A stretch of 64,000 bases of DNA, from the NCBI GenBank assembly GCA_963773065.1, contig CAVYZN010000006.1:192001-256000 (forward strand), in the 5' to 3' direction. The first letter of the stretch is position 1; each line of letters begins with the position of its first letter. The DNA is from an uncultured Gammaproteobacteria bacterium. Its GTDB lineage: Bacteria; Pseudomonadota; Gammaproteobacteria; UBA9214. This document shows, one piece after another, positions 42,247 through 54,148 of the stretch. Made by a program: the position numbers and the translations under genes. A model generated the notes under the pieces. That model worked only from the letters and a program-made list of their open reading frames with translations. It did not search any database and had not been told where the DNA came from.

Positions 42247-44035
42247 ATGGATACACCGCAGACACAACAGATCGCGCGCACGATCCTCGACGGCTTCGAG
42301 CGCCATTACCGCCTGTTCCAGGAGATCACGGCGGGCGCGAAGCGGCGTTTCGAGGCGGCCGACTGGCGGACGATACAGCGGGTATCGCGCGAGCGGATCC
42401 ACTATTACGACCAGCGGGTCGATGAGACGCTGGAGCTGCTGCGAAGCCGCTACTGGATCCGGGATCTCGACGAAGCCCTGTGGCGCCAGATCAAGATCGA
42501 GTACGTGCACCTGCTGCTCCAGCACAGGCAGCCGGAACTCGCCGAAACCTACTTCAACTCGGTCTTCTGCCACCTCTTCCACCGCCGCTACTACAACAAC
42601 CGCCATATCTTCGTGCGTCCGGCGGTCTCGACCGAACACCTCGATCTCGAGGTGCCGACCTGGACGAGCTACTACCCCGCGCGCGCGGGCTTCTACCGGG
42701 TCTTCGTGCGGATACTGGAGGGCTGCGGCTTTTCACTGCCGTTCGAGGACCGCCGGCGCGACCTGCGCAATCTCCTGCGGGCAGTGCGCGCGCGCATCCC
42801 GGTGGATGCCGTGCCCCAGCAGAACTTCCAGGTCGCAGTGCTCGACTGCCTGTTCTTCCGCAACAAGGCCGGCTACATCATAGGCAAGGTCGTCAACGGC
42901 GCCGATGAAATCCCGTTCGCGATCCCGGTCCTCAACAACGAACACGGCGGGCTGTACGTGGACACGTTGCTCGTCGGCGAAGCGGAGCTTGCCAACCTGT
43001 TCAGCTTCGCGCGCTCGTACTTCATGGTCGACACGCCGGTGCCCTCCGTCGTGGTCGAGTTTCTGCACCGCGTACTGCCGTGCAAGACCAAGGCGGATCT
43101 GTACACCGCCATTGGCCTGCAAAAGCAGGGCAAGACGGCGTTCTACCGCGACTTCCTTCGTCATCTCGGGCACTCCAGCGACGTGTTCAGCATCGCCCCC
43201 GGCGTGCGCGGCATGGTCATGGCGGTGTTCACGCTGCCGTCCTATCCCTACGTCTTCAAGGTCATCAAGGACCACTTTCCCCCGCCCAAGGATACGACCC
43301 GCCAGGCCGTGATGGCCAAGTACCGCCTGGTCAAGGAGCACGACCGTGTCGGGCGCATGGCCGACTCGCTGGAGTATTCGGATGCGGCCTTCCCGCTGGA
43401 ACGCTTCTCCGCGGCGCTGCTGCAAGAGCTCACGCAGGATGCGGCCTCCAGCATCGAGATCGACGGCGACCATCTGGTCATCAAACACCTGTACATCGAG
43501 CGTCGCATGACCCCGCTCAACGTCTTCCTCGATCGGGCCGGGGGCGAGGCGCTGCGCGCGGCCATCGACGAGTACGGCAAGGCCATCCGCGAACTGGCGG
43601 CGGCCAACATCTTCCCCGGCGACATGCTGCTCAAGAACTTCGGCGTGACCCGCCAGGGCCGGGTGGTCTTCTACGACTACGACGACATCTGCTACCTGAC
43701 GGAGTGCAATTTCCGGCGCATCCCGGAACCGCCCTACCCCGAGTTCGAATTCGCGGCCGAGCCCTGGTATTCGATCGGAGCAGGCGGACGTGTTTCCCGA
43801 GGAATTCGCCACCTTCCTGCTGTCGAATCCGCGCCTGCGCGAGGCCTTCCTCGCGCGCCATGCCGATCTGCTGGATCCGCGCTGGTGGCAGGCGCGCCAG
43901 GCAGGGATCGCCGACGGCCGCTTCGAGGACGTGTTTCCGTATCCCGAGTCGCTGCGCTTTCGCACAACGCCGCGCCATCACAAGCCGCGGCTGACGGAGC
44001 CGGCGCGCGAGATCGCCTCCGCCGCGTGCGGCTAG
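42247..44035 (+). CDS. aceK: isocitrate dehydrogenase kinase/phosphatase (frameshift ~43780)
   Basis: ETYFNSV, APGVRGMVM, FKVIKD, HDRVGRMAD, NIFPGDML, FYDYD; DVFPEEF...DVFPY in shifted frame. Confidence 0.95.
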
Positions 44036-44217
44036 ACTGCACCACGCCGTTCCTAAACGATCAGGCGACTGGCGTGGAATTCGCCCATGGCCCACGCCAT
44101 ACGCCCTGCTGGGTGAACCAGCATCAGATACTATGCTGGCCAGCGGGTTCGGAACCGCTGGCCAAGCCGCCATCACCCCGGGGTATGCGAGGTCGCATCT
44201 CTCCCCATCGATTCCGC

Positions 44218-47200
44218 TTACCTTGACACAAGTTCAGATAGGACTATTTTCCTTCTCCTGGCGATAAGAACCAGCCCGATCAAACCGGAACCGAACAGCC
44301 ATATCGCGGCCGGTATTGGGACTGCAAGAAATCAACGTTCAAAACGATGTCATTTCCAGTACCGCCGAGGTACGTAATATCAAAAGTGAAGATTTGACCT
44401 CCGAAGACCTCGTTAAATGTAGCACCCTCCGGCAGACCAAAGAATGTACCGTTGACGAGATCAGTACCATCGTTTTGGACAATGGTGAAACCATCGCCAA
44501 CACTCGGCGCAAAGTCGAGGAGCAGATCAAGCAAGCCCCCAACGCCGATTTCGGCATTGAGATCGATCCCCCCATTGATTATTAACTGATCAAACTCGCT
44601 GCCCGGGTTCGTACCCATGAGTTCGATCTCGAGTGTACCGGCGGAGAACAGATTGAAGTCTCCATTAATGGTCGTACTACCCGCAACCGAGGTCGTGTTC
44701 GGCGCGACACCGGGCGCGAGCGTACCACCTTGATCAGTGAGCGTGCCGTTGAAGGTATTGACCGCCAACCGGCCACCGGTGAAGTTAAACGCCCCTTCAT
44801 CGAGATTGATGATATCGGCGGTCATCAGCCCACCGGTCAGATTTACTGTTCCAGTAGCGTTAGTCCCGGTCCCAATATTGACGACGTTGACGTCTGCATT
44901 AACGTCAGTTCCCATCGAGAACGTCCCCGTGGCACTCTGACCCCGCAGCGAACGTCCGATGTTCAGCTCGTTCAGGCGCAGGTTCGCCGTGCCATCCAGC
45001 GCGTTGAGCACACCCGTGGCATCACTGGTTGCATTGTTCGACGAATTCCACCCCAGCGCCAGATTGGCCCGTGAAGTCGGCGTACCCACATTCAGCACCG
45101 AGTTGCTCCCCAGCACCAGCGTGCCATCGGCCGTCCCAGGACCAGTCACCGTGTTTTGGTAACCCAGCGTGAGACCGTTGCTCAGCACCGCCTCGAAGGT
45201 CGGATTGGTCACGCTCAGATCGAGCGTGCCACTGGCCACGCCAGCGTTACTCGTATCTTCCATGCCAATGGTCAGAGACCCCACCGGTGCCGTCGCCGAA
45301 CCCAGCCTCAACGTCCCGCCAGCCGGGGTCTCGATCGTGCCCACCGCACCCGCGCCCCGGCTCAGGTATATCGAGGTCGCATCGATCGCACCCGACTGAT
45401 CCCACAGCAAGGTGCCCGTCGAACTCTGACCCCGTAGCGAACGTCCGATGTTCAGCTCGTTCAGGCGCAGGTTCGCCGTGCCATCCAGCGCGTTGAGCAC
45501 ACCCGTGGCATCACTGGTTGCATTGTTCGACGAATTCCACCCCAGCGCCAGATTGGCCCGTGAAGTCGGCGTACCCACATTCAGCACCGAGTTGCTCCCC
45601 AGCACCAGCGTGCCATCGGCCGTCCCAGGACCAGTCACCGTGTTTTGGTAACCCAGCGTGAGACCGTTGCTCAGCACCGCCTCGAAGGTCGGATTGGTCA
45701 CGCTCAGATCGAGCGTGCCACTGGCCACGCCAGCGTTACTCGTATCTTCCATGCCAATGGTCAGAGACCCCACCGGTGCCGTCGCCGAACCCAGCCTCAA
45801 CGTCCCGCCAGCCGGGGTCTCGATCGTGCCCACCGCACCCGCGCCCCGGCTCAGGTATATCGAGGTCGCATCGATCGCACCCGACTGATCCCACAGCAAG
45901 GTGCCCGTCGAACTCTGACCCCGCAGCGAACGTCCGATGTTCAGCTCGTTCAGGCGCAGGTTCGCCGTGCCATCCAGCGCGTTGAGCACACCCGTGGCAT
46001 CACTGGTTGCATTGTTCGACGAATTCCACCCCAGCGCCAGATTGGCCCGTGAAGTCGGCGTACCCACATTCAGCACCGAGTTGCTCCCCAGCACCAGCGT
46101 GCCATCGGCCGTCCCAGGACCAGTCACCGTGTTTTGGTAACCCAGCGTGAGACCGTTGCTCAGCACCGCCTCGAAGGTCGGATTGGTCACGCTCAGATCG
46201 AGCGTGCCACTGGCCACGCCAGCGTTACTCGTATCTTCCATGCCAATGGTCAGAGACCCCACCGGTGCCGTCGCCGAACCCAGCCTCAACGTCCCGCCAG
46301 CCGGGGTCTCGATCGTGCCCACCGCACCCGCGCCCCGGCTCAGGTATATCGAGGTCGCATCGATCGCACCCGACTGATCCCACAGCAAGGTGCCCGTCGA
46401 ACTCTGACCCCGCAGCGAACGTCCGATGTTCAGCTCGTTCAGGCGCAGGTTCGCCGTGCCATCCAGCGCGTTGAGCACACCCGTGGCATCACTGGTTGCA
46501 TTGTTCGACGAATTCCACCCCAGCGCCAGATTGGCCCGTGAAGTCGGCGTACCCACATTCAGCACCGAGTTGCTCCCCAGCACCAGCGTGCCATCGGCCG
46601 TCCCAGGACCAGTCACCGTGTTTTGGTAACCCAGCGTGAGACCGTTGCTCAGCACCGCCTCGAAGGTCGGATTGGTCACGCTCAGATCGAGCGTGCCACT
46701 GGCCACGCCAGCGTTACTCGTATCTTCCATGCCAATGGTCAGAGACCCCACCGGTGCCGTCGCCGAACCCAGCCTCAACGTCCCGCCAGCCGGGGTCTCG
46801 ATCGTGCCCACCGCACCCGCGCCCCGGCTCAGGTATATCGAGGTCGCATCGATCGCACCCGACTGATCCCACAGCAAGGTGCCCGTCGAACTCTGACCCC
46901 GTAGCGAACGTCCGATGTTCAGCTCGTTCAGGCGCAGGTTCGCCGTGCCATCCAGCGCGTTGAGCACACCCGTGGCATCACTGGTTGCATTGTTCGACGA
47001 ATTCCACCCCAGCGCCAGATTGGCCCGTGAAGTCGGCGTACCCACATTCAGCACCGAGTTGCTCCCCAGCACCAAGGTGCCATCGGCCGTGCCGGCGCTA
47101 CTGGTGGTATTTTGGAACCCGAGACTGAGATATTGATCGACCTGCAGCGTGATTCCACTGTTAAGGTTGGTCGTGTGAGTACCATTGATGAGGTATTCAA

Positions 47201-47447
47201 GGCCGGTGATTGTGAAATTCGAATCGACGAAATTTGTACCACCCGTATCGCCGGAATTAAATGTTACCGAGTCCGTGCTCGTTGGTGCGCTACCGTCCAG
47301 CCAGTTGCCATTCGTTGACCATAAATCATCAACTGTACCCGTCCACGTATCGGCCCAGCCCACACCTGCAACAGAAAGTAAAACCAGTGATGCCACACCG
47401 ACAATCAGAGACCGCTGTAAACGGTACGTAACAGTAAGTTTATTCAT
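44218..47447 (-). CDS. large Gly/Thr/Asn-rich surface protein with tandem repeats and VPLPA-CTERM sorting signal (frameshift ~44325)
   Basis: signal peptide; WSTNGNW start; 163-aa repeats; AVPIPAAIWLFGSGLIGLVLIARRRK read in shifted frame at 44324-44248. Confidence 0.85.
44934..47090. repeat. 489-bp direct tandem repeat, ~4.4 copies
   Basis: units start at 44934, 45423, 45912, 46401, 46890 (partial); identical spurious ORFs recur every 489 bp. Confidence 0.97.
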
Positions 47448-47551
47448 CGTCTTCTCCTCCCTGCGTTTGACATGGACAATTTACAGGTTCATATGCCTCC
47501 ACCTGAGTCACGGCTCCCGAAGAAGCCGCTGTTTGTAATGCAGATTAATCG

Positions 47552-48214
47552 TTACTCTGTCTGCTTTCGCCGGGTAATGCCAAGCAAGCCAAGCAGCCCG
47601 GAACCGAGCAGCCACATGGCTGCCGGTAAGGGCACAGCCTCAACAGCGTTGGTTTGAAGTCCGTCCAGATGGTTCCATCCGTCACCTGTATTCCCAGAAA
47701 ATACAAGCCGTGAGATGGGGATGTCTGATATAAAACCCGCGAAGGTGTCTTTAAAAGCGCCTACGGAACCCAGTATGTTGTCAGACGCGTCGTAAGCTGT
47801 TGCCACCAGGGTATCGCTTTGTCCATCGCCGTTCCAAAACCCGAGCGCAGTAATTTCATAACCGGGAAGTACATACAGGACAATATCATCCCATTGGTTA
47901 ATGCTATTAATCCCGTTAGGGAAGTTCGCCAAATGCATTGGACCGTGCGGGGGGCCTTCGCTAAAAAGGTAAGTATTGGGGAATCCGCCTCCTGCTAACG
48001 GATCAAAACCAATCCCAAGCGTCGCTAATATCGGTATTTGCGTATCGTCTTGATAGGACTCGAAGTCCTCCAGTGACGTAGTACCCGCAGCCGCCTGCCA
48101 ATCTGTTTCGGCAGACAGATCCCCGGTATACGTTACGAAACTTGCCGATGACCCGTTTGCTGCGGTAGCTAACACTACACTGCATAAGATGCCTAGCAGT
48201 TTTGGTGTTCTCAT
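47552..48214 (-). CDS. VPLPA-CTERM (PEP-CTERM family) exosortase-sorted protein
   Basis: GAGGA RBS, signal peptide, C-terminal AVPLPAAMWLLGSGLLGLLGITRRK. Confidence 0.9.
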   Translation of the reverse strand: MRTPKLLGILCSVVLATAANGSSASFVTYTGDLSAETDWQAAAGTTSLEDFESYQDDTQIPILATLGIGFDPLAGGGFPNTYLFSEGPPHGPMHLANFPNGINSINQWDDIVLYVLPGYEITALGFWNGDGQSDTLVATAYDASDNILGSVGAFKDTFAGFISDIPISRLVFSGNTGDGWNHLDGLQTNAVEAVPLPAAMWLLGSGLLGLLGITRRKQTE

Positions 48215-48910
48215 GGTTGGTTCCTCCGTAAATTCTTGATTCTTTGCTGCCAACCTGCTGTTCATTTCGATGACTCGTTATGCTTACGTTACTTAGTCAT
48301 TTTCTCCTCTGGTCTTCTTCTGGCCCAAGCAGGGCGGAGTCGAACAGGTTTAGAAGGTTGGCGGGATTGCGTGAGAACCATAACTTTGTGCTGTCTACCT
48401 GACATTGACATTAGTCAAATGAAACACCGTATGGTCATTGTTATTTTCTATATATGGATAATGAATATCGTACGTACAACTACGTATTAACGCTAAATTT
48501 CCCGTCGTGTCAGGAAAAATAGAAACCCTATTTCCGCAACGAAAGTCTATGTTAAGTCTCGAACGGTACGCTACGCATGCACTCCCCCAACTTCGCAAGT
48601 CTCGAGTCACGTTGAGGAAACGCCTCTAACCGCGCATCTCACTGCCGTTCGCAACTCGATTAGCCATGCTGCTGGCGAAAGGGGGCGCGTGCTCGAATAA
48701 CCCGGATTTCTCACCAACTCGATCCCCGGATTTTTCCCCGAAGCACAGTGGATACGGGATTCGCTTCGACATATCGCCCGTTCAATTCCGGTAGTGGGTC
48801 GGGAAACGCGCACTGCCCGGCTCGTGATGTCGCTGAGGAGGGTGTGTGATTGCGGATTCACCGTTTGGCTGCCCTGCCGCAACTTGTGAGTTTGGCATAC
48901 GCGACTATAG

Positions 48911-49540
48911 TTAAATGACCCCCGGCAAAGCCGGGGGCTTATTGGGTGAGCGCCTCAAAGGCGCCGATAAACCCATGAGCCGCCTGAAGGCGGCCAACTA
49001 CTCCACCAACTTCATCTGATCGTACCGCTCATCTTCGGCTTCCTGGTTGCGAATGTACGCCCGCACCATCGCCTCATCCAGCCCGACGGTGGAAACGTAG
49101 TACCCGCGTGCCCAGAAATTCTCCCCGGTGAAATTGCGCTGCCGGCCTCCGTACTTCCGCGCAATCTGGATCGCGCTCTTGCCCTTGATGTAACCCACCA
49201 CATTCGATACCGCATACTTCGGCGGAATGCTGATGCACATGTGGATGTGATCCGACATCAGATGCCCCTCAACTATCTTCGATCCCTTGTGCCCAGCAAG
49301 CTCGTGCAGCATCTCACCCAGGTGCTTCCGAACAGCGCCAAAAATCCGTTTCTTCCTCCGCTTCGGAATGAATACCACATGGTACTTACAATCCCACCTC
49401 GTATGGCTAAGACTCTGGTACTCTTTCATCGGTGAACCTCCTTCTCTTGGCAGAGATCGGAGATTCACGGATGACCGCCGTATAGGTCAAACCCCGGTGA
49501 GTCCCCGGCAGAGCCGGGGGCTTACCTCATACTGAGTTAA
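48911..49540 (-). mobile_element. IS200-group insertion sequence (tnpA only); ends approximate
   Basis: subterminal hairpins CCCCCGGCAAAGCCGGGGG (48919-48937) and CCCCGGCAGAGCCGGGG (~49503-49519) around a Y1 transposase. Confidence 0.9.
48998..49429 (-). CDS. tnpA: IS200/IS605 family Y1 (HUH) transposase
   Basis: CKYHVVFIPK, DHIHM (HUH), KGKS, FWARGYYVST, YIRNQ. Confidence 0.96.
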   Translation of the reverse strand: MKEYQSLSHTRWDCKYHVVFIPKRRKKRIFGAVRKHLGEMLHELAGHKGSKIVEGHLMSDHIHMCISIPPKYAVSNVVGYIKGKSAIQIARKYGGRQRNFTGENFWARGYYVSTVGLDEAMVRAYIRNQEAEDERYDQMKLVE

Positions 49541-49618
49541 TTAGAGGATCGGGATTGCATGCGGTAACAAGGGATTGCGGGAAATCCCCCTGCAAATGCA
49601 GGGAAGGAGGCGGATTCC

Positions 49619-50491
49619 ATGATACCCGGCCATTTCGCTTACCACGCGCCGGCAAGCGTGGAGGAAGCCATAACGTTGCTGGGCCAGTACGGTGACGAAG
49701 CCTCGGTGCTCGCCGGAGGCCACAGCCTGCTGCCGATGATGAAGCTTCGCTTCGCCGAGCCGGCCCATCTCATCGATATCAACCATATCCCGGAACTGCG
49801 CGGCATCCGGGAGGCGGGCGGCGTCATCTATATCGGGGCGATGACCACCGAGAGCGAACTGATCGCCTCGGCGCTCCTGAACGAGAAGTGCCCCCTCATC
49901 CCCGAGGCGGCGCGGCTGATCGCCGAATCCGCAGGTGCGCAATCGCGGCACGCTGGGCGGCGACGTCGCCAACGGCGATCCGAGCAATGATCATCCCGCG
50001 GTCATGATGGCGCTCGATGCCTTGCTGGTCCTGCGCGGCTCCCGGGGCGAGCGGGTGGTCGCGGCCAACGGCTTCTATCAGGGCACCTATCTCACGCAGC
50101 GGCAAGCGGATGAACTGCTGACCGAAATCCGCATCCCGACCCCGCCGCCGGGCACCGGGCAGGCCTACTGCAAACTCAAACGCAAGACCGGCGATTACGC
50201 CACGGCCGCCGCCGCCGTGGTCCTGCAGCTCGACGGCAAGCGCTGCCGCAAGGCGGGCATCGCCCTGACCAACGTGGCGCCCACGCCGCTCCGGGCCGAC
50301 GCCGCGGAGCGGGTCCTGACCGGCAAGGTCATCGACGAGGCCCTCATCGAGCAGGCCGCAGTGCAGGCCATGGGCATCTGTGATCCGGCCGAGGACCTGC
50401 GGGGCGATGCCGAGTACCGCACGCACATGGCCGGGGAAATGACGCGCCGAGCGCTACGCCTGGCGCTGCAACGGGCACAGGGGAATTCGCC

Positions 50492-50495
<4 letters not shown>
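49619..50495 (+). CDS. coxM: CO dehydrogenase FAD subunit (frameshift ~49927)
   Basis: [42 protein letters not shown]. Confidence 0.93.
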
Positions 50496-50977
<482 letters not shown>

Positions 50978-50981
50978 GACC

Positions 50982-53387
50982 ATGGCAGCGACAGCAGAAG
51001 TCATCGAGCGCGAGGCGCGGATCGGCGGTGTCGGATGCGCCCGCAAACGGAAGGAGGACCCGCGGCTGATCCGTGGCGAGGGCACCTATGTGGACGACAT
51101 CAAGCTGCCCGGCATGGTCTTCGGCGACATGGTACGCAGCCCCTATGCCCACGCCCGCATCAAGTCCATCAACAAGGAGAAGGCCCTGGCGCTGCCCGGG
51201 GTGCTTGCCGTGCTCACCGCCGCCGATCTGAAGCCCCTGAAGCTGCACTGGATGCCGACGCTCGCCGGTGACGTGCAGGCGGTGCTGGCCGACGAGAAGG
51301 TGGTATTCCAGAACCAGGAGGTCGCCATGGTGATCGCCGACGACCGTTACATCGCCGCCGATGCCGTGGAGCTGGTCGAGGTCGAGTACGAGGAACTGCC
51401 GGTGATCGTCGACCCCCACAGGGCGATGGATGCCGACGCGCCGATCATACGCGAGGACCTCATCGGCAAGGACGATGTCGGCCAGGGGAAGCGCCTGCAC
51501 GCCAACCACATCTTCACCTGGGAGGCGGGCGACAAAGCGGCGACGGATCGGATCTTCGCCTCCGCCGCCGTCACGGTGAAGCAGGAGATGCTGAACCCCA
51601 GGGTCCATCCCTGCCCGATCGAGACCTGCGGCTGCGTCGCCTCCTTCGACAAGGTGAAAGGCGACCTCACGGTGCACATCACCTCGCAGGCGCCGCACAT
51701 CTATCGCACGGTGATCTCGCTGCTCTCGGGGCTGCCCGAGAGCAAGGTGCGGGTGATCTCGCACGACATCGGCGGCGGCTTCGGCAACAAGATCCCGGTT
51801 TACCCGGGCTACGTGGTCGCCATCGTGGGCTCGATCGTGCTCGGGCGGCCGGTCAAGTGGATCGAGGACCGGATCGAGAACCTGTCGACCACCTCGTTCG
51901 CGCGCGACTACCACGGCACGGGCGAACTGGCGGCGGACCGGGACGGCCGGATCACGGCCCTGCGCGTGAACTTCCTGGCCGATCACGGCGCGTTCAATTC
52001 CCATGTCCAGCCGACCAAGTGGCCCGCCGGCCTGGTGTCGATCTGCACCGGCTCCTACGACATCCCGACCGCCTATCTCAAGGTCGATGGCGTGTTCACC
52101 AACAAACCCCCGGGGGGCGTCGCCTACCGCTGTTCGGTGCGCGTCACCGAGGCGGTCTACCTCATCGAGCGCATGATCGACATCCTGGCGCAGAAACTCG
52201 GCATCGACAAGGCCGAGATCCGCCGGCGCAACTTCATCAAGAAGGAGCAGTTCCCCTACACCTCCGCCTTCGGCTGGCAATACGACAGCGGCGACTACCA
52301 CACCGCGCTCGAGAAGGTGCTGAAGGCGGTGGATTACGAGGGCCTGCGCCGGGAGCAGGCGGAAAAGCGCGCGCGCGGGGAGTTGATGGGCATCGGCATC
52401 GCCACCTTCACGGAGATCCTCGGCGCCGGCCCCGCCAAGGCCTGCGACATTCTCGGCGTGGGCATGTTCGACAGTTGCGAGATCCGCGTCCATCCCACGG
52501 GCAGCGCCATCGCGCGGCTCGGCACCATGACGCAGGGCCAGGGCCACCTGACCACCTACGCCCAGATCATCGCCACCGAGCTCGGCATTCCCTCCGAGGA
52601 TATCCAGATCGAGGAGGGCGACACCGATACCGCCCCGTATGGCCTGGGCACCTATGGCTCGCGCAGCACGCCCGTCGGCGGCGCGGCCGCGGCGGTCGCC
52701 GCGCGCAAGATCCGCGACAAGGCGCGCCGCATCGCGGCCCACCTGCTGGAGGTGAGCGAAGACGACCTAGAGTGGGACACGGACCGCTTCAAGGTGAAGG
52801 GCGTGCCGGGGCAGGAAAAGACCATGAAGGAGATCGCCTGGGCGGCCTACAACAACGTGCCCGAGGGCATGGAGATGGGGCTCGAGGCGGAGAACTACTA
52901 CGATCCGCCGAACTTCACCTTTCCGTTCGGGGCCTATGTCTGCGTGCTGGACATCGACCGCTACACGGGCGAGTCCCATATCCGGCGATTCTACGCGCTC
53001 GATGACTGCGGCACCCGCATCAACCCCATGATCATCGAGGGCCAGATCCACGGCGGCCTGAACGAGGCGTTCGCGGTCGCCATGGGACAGAAGCTGGAAT
53101 ACGACGAAAGCGGCAACCTGCTGAGCGGAAGTTTTCTCGATTACTTCTGGCCGACCATGGTGGAGACGCCGGTGTGGGAGACCGATTACACGGTCACCCC
53201 CTCGCCCCACCATCCCATCGGCGCGAAAGGCGTCGCGGAGTCACCGCATGTCGGCGGCATCCCGTGCTTCTCCAACGCGGTCAACGACGCTTTCGCCCAT
53301 CTCGGCGTCACCCATATCGACATGCCCCATACCGCCTACCGCGTCTGGAAGACCATCCATGCGCTGGGACTGGACAAGCACGCGTGA
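50982..53387 (+). CDS. coxL: aerobic Mo-Cu CO dehydrogenase large subunit, form I-like
   Basis: LHWMPTLAGD, GGGFGNK, active-site loop AYRCSVR with Cys, KGVAESP; MSL gene order. Confidence 0.93.
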   Translation: MAATAEVIEREARIGGVGCARKRKEDPRLIRGEGTYVDDIKLPGMVFGDMVRSPYAHARIKSINKEKALALPGVLAVLTAADLKPLKLHWMPTLAGDVQAVLADEKVVFQNQEVAMVIADDRYIAADAVELVEVEYEELPVIVDPHRAMDADAPIIREDLIGKDDVGQGKRLHANHIFTWEAGDKAATDRIFASAAVTVKQEMLNPRVHPCPIETCGCVASFDKVKGDLTVHITSQAPHIYRTVISLLSGLPESKVRVISHDIGGGFGNKIPVYPGYVVAIVGSIVLGRPVKWIEDRIENLSTTSFARDYHGTGELAADRDGRITALRVNFLADHGAFNSHVQPTKWPAGLVSICTGSYDIPTAYLKVDGVFTNKPPGGVAYRCSVRVTEAVYLIERMIDILAQKLGIDKAEIRRRNFIKKEQFPYTSAFGWQYDSGDYHTALEKVLKAVDYEGLRREQAEKRARGELMGIGIATFTEILGAGPAKACDILGVGMFDSCEIRVHPTGSAIARLGTMTQGQGHLTTYAQIIATELGIPSEDIQIEEGDTDTAPYGLGTYGSRSTPVGGAAAAVAARKIRDKARRIAAHLLEVSEDDLEWDTDRFKVKGVPGQEKTMKEIAWAAYNNVPEGMEMGLEAENYYDPPNFTFPFGAYVCVLDIDRYTGESHIRRFYALDDCGTRINPMIIEGQIHGGLNEAFAVAMGQKLEYDESGNLLSGSFLDYFWPTMVETPVWETDYTVTPSPHHPIGAKGVAESPHVGGIPCFSNAVNDAFAHLGVTHIDMPHTAYRVWKTIHALGLDKHA

Positions 53388-53441
53388 CCGGCGGCGTGCC
53401 CGTTTCCGGGCCACGCCTGTGCCAAACCGGGAGATACGGCA

Positions 53442-54038
53442 ATGCAGGTGAAGCTGGAGAAGACGATCCCGCTGCAGGCCACGGCCGGTGAGGCGTGGGT
53501 GCTGCTGCGGGATGTTTCCCGGGTCGCCGAATGCGTGCCCGGCGCGCGGGTCACGGATCAGGTGGACGCGACCCATTACCGGGGGGAGGTGCGCGTAAAG
53601 ATCGGGCCGGCGGTGGCGACCTTCCAGGGCGAGTTCGAGGTCAGGAGCCTCGACGCGGGCAAGCACGAACTGCGGCTCATCGGCAAGGGCAAGGACGCCA
53701 GGGGCACCTCGACCGCCACCATGGACCTGACGGCCAGCCTGCGCGACGTCGGCGCCGGGGGAAGTGAACTGCTCGGTGTCTCCGCCGTCAGCGTGTCCGG
53801 CAAGATGGCGAGTTTCGGCGGCCGCATGCTGAACCAGGTCGCGGACCAGATTCTCGATCAGTTCGCGACCAACTTCTCGACCCGCGTGACCGCCATGGGC
53901 ACGGGGGCGGCGGCGGAAAAGGCCGCCGCCAGGATCGCGAACAGTCCCGGAGAGCTCCATGCCTTCGCGCTCCTGTGGCGCGTCTTTGCCGATTTTCTGA
54001 GGAGCCTGTTTGGACGCAAGTCCGGAAAGGCCGGCTGA
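53442..54038 (+). CDS. coxG: CoxG (SRPBCC family)
   Basis: ECVPGA, VKIGP, GKMASFGGRM; follows coxL. Confidence 0.88.
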   Translation: MQVKLEKTIPLQATAGEAWVLLRDVSRVAECVPGARVTDQVDATHYRGEVRVKIGPAVATFQGEFEVRSLDAGKHELRLIGKGKDARGTSTATMDLTASLRDVGAGGSELLGVSAVSVSGKMASFGGRMLNQVADQILDQFATNFSTRVTAMGTGAAAEKAAARIANSPGELHAFALLWRVFADFLRSLFGRKSGKAG

Positions 54039-54148
54039 ACCGGTGCGAGGGCGAGGCCCCGTCATGTCTTCCGCCGCCGCCATGTCCGCCGTCACGCCGT
54101 CGCCACACGCCAGTGCGAGCCGGTGCACCGTCAGGCCCGAACGGGTCC

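Noticed and set aside
44934-47090. Regular repeat as a possible CRISPR array or DGR template
   Set aside because: Units are 489 bp, in frame within a CDS, with no unique spacers, no adenine-specific variation and no cas or reverse transcriptase gene nearby.
48215-48900. Sigma54 promoter for the VPLPA-CTERM genes and short ORFs in this spacer
   Set aside because: No correctly spaced GG-N10-GC consensus found; the ORFs lack RBS and motifs.
49430-49540. TnpB / omega-RNA associated with the IS200/IS605 element
   Set aside because: The element is only ~630 bp and holds tnpA alone; there is no room for tnpB.
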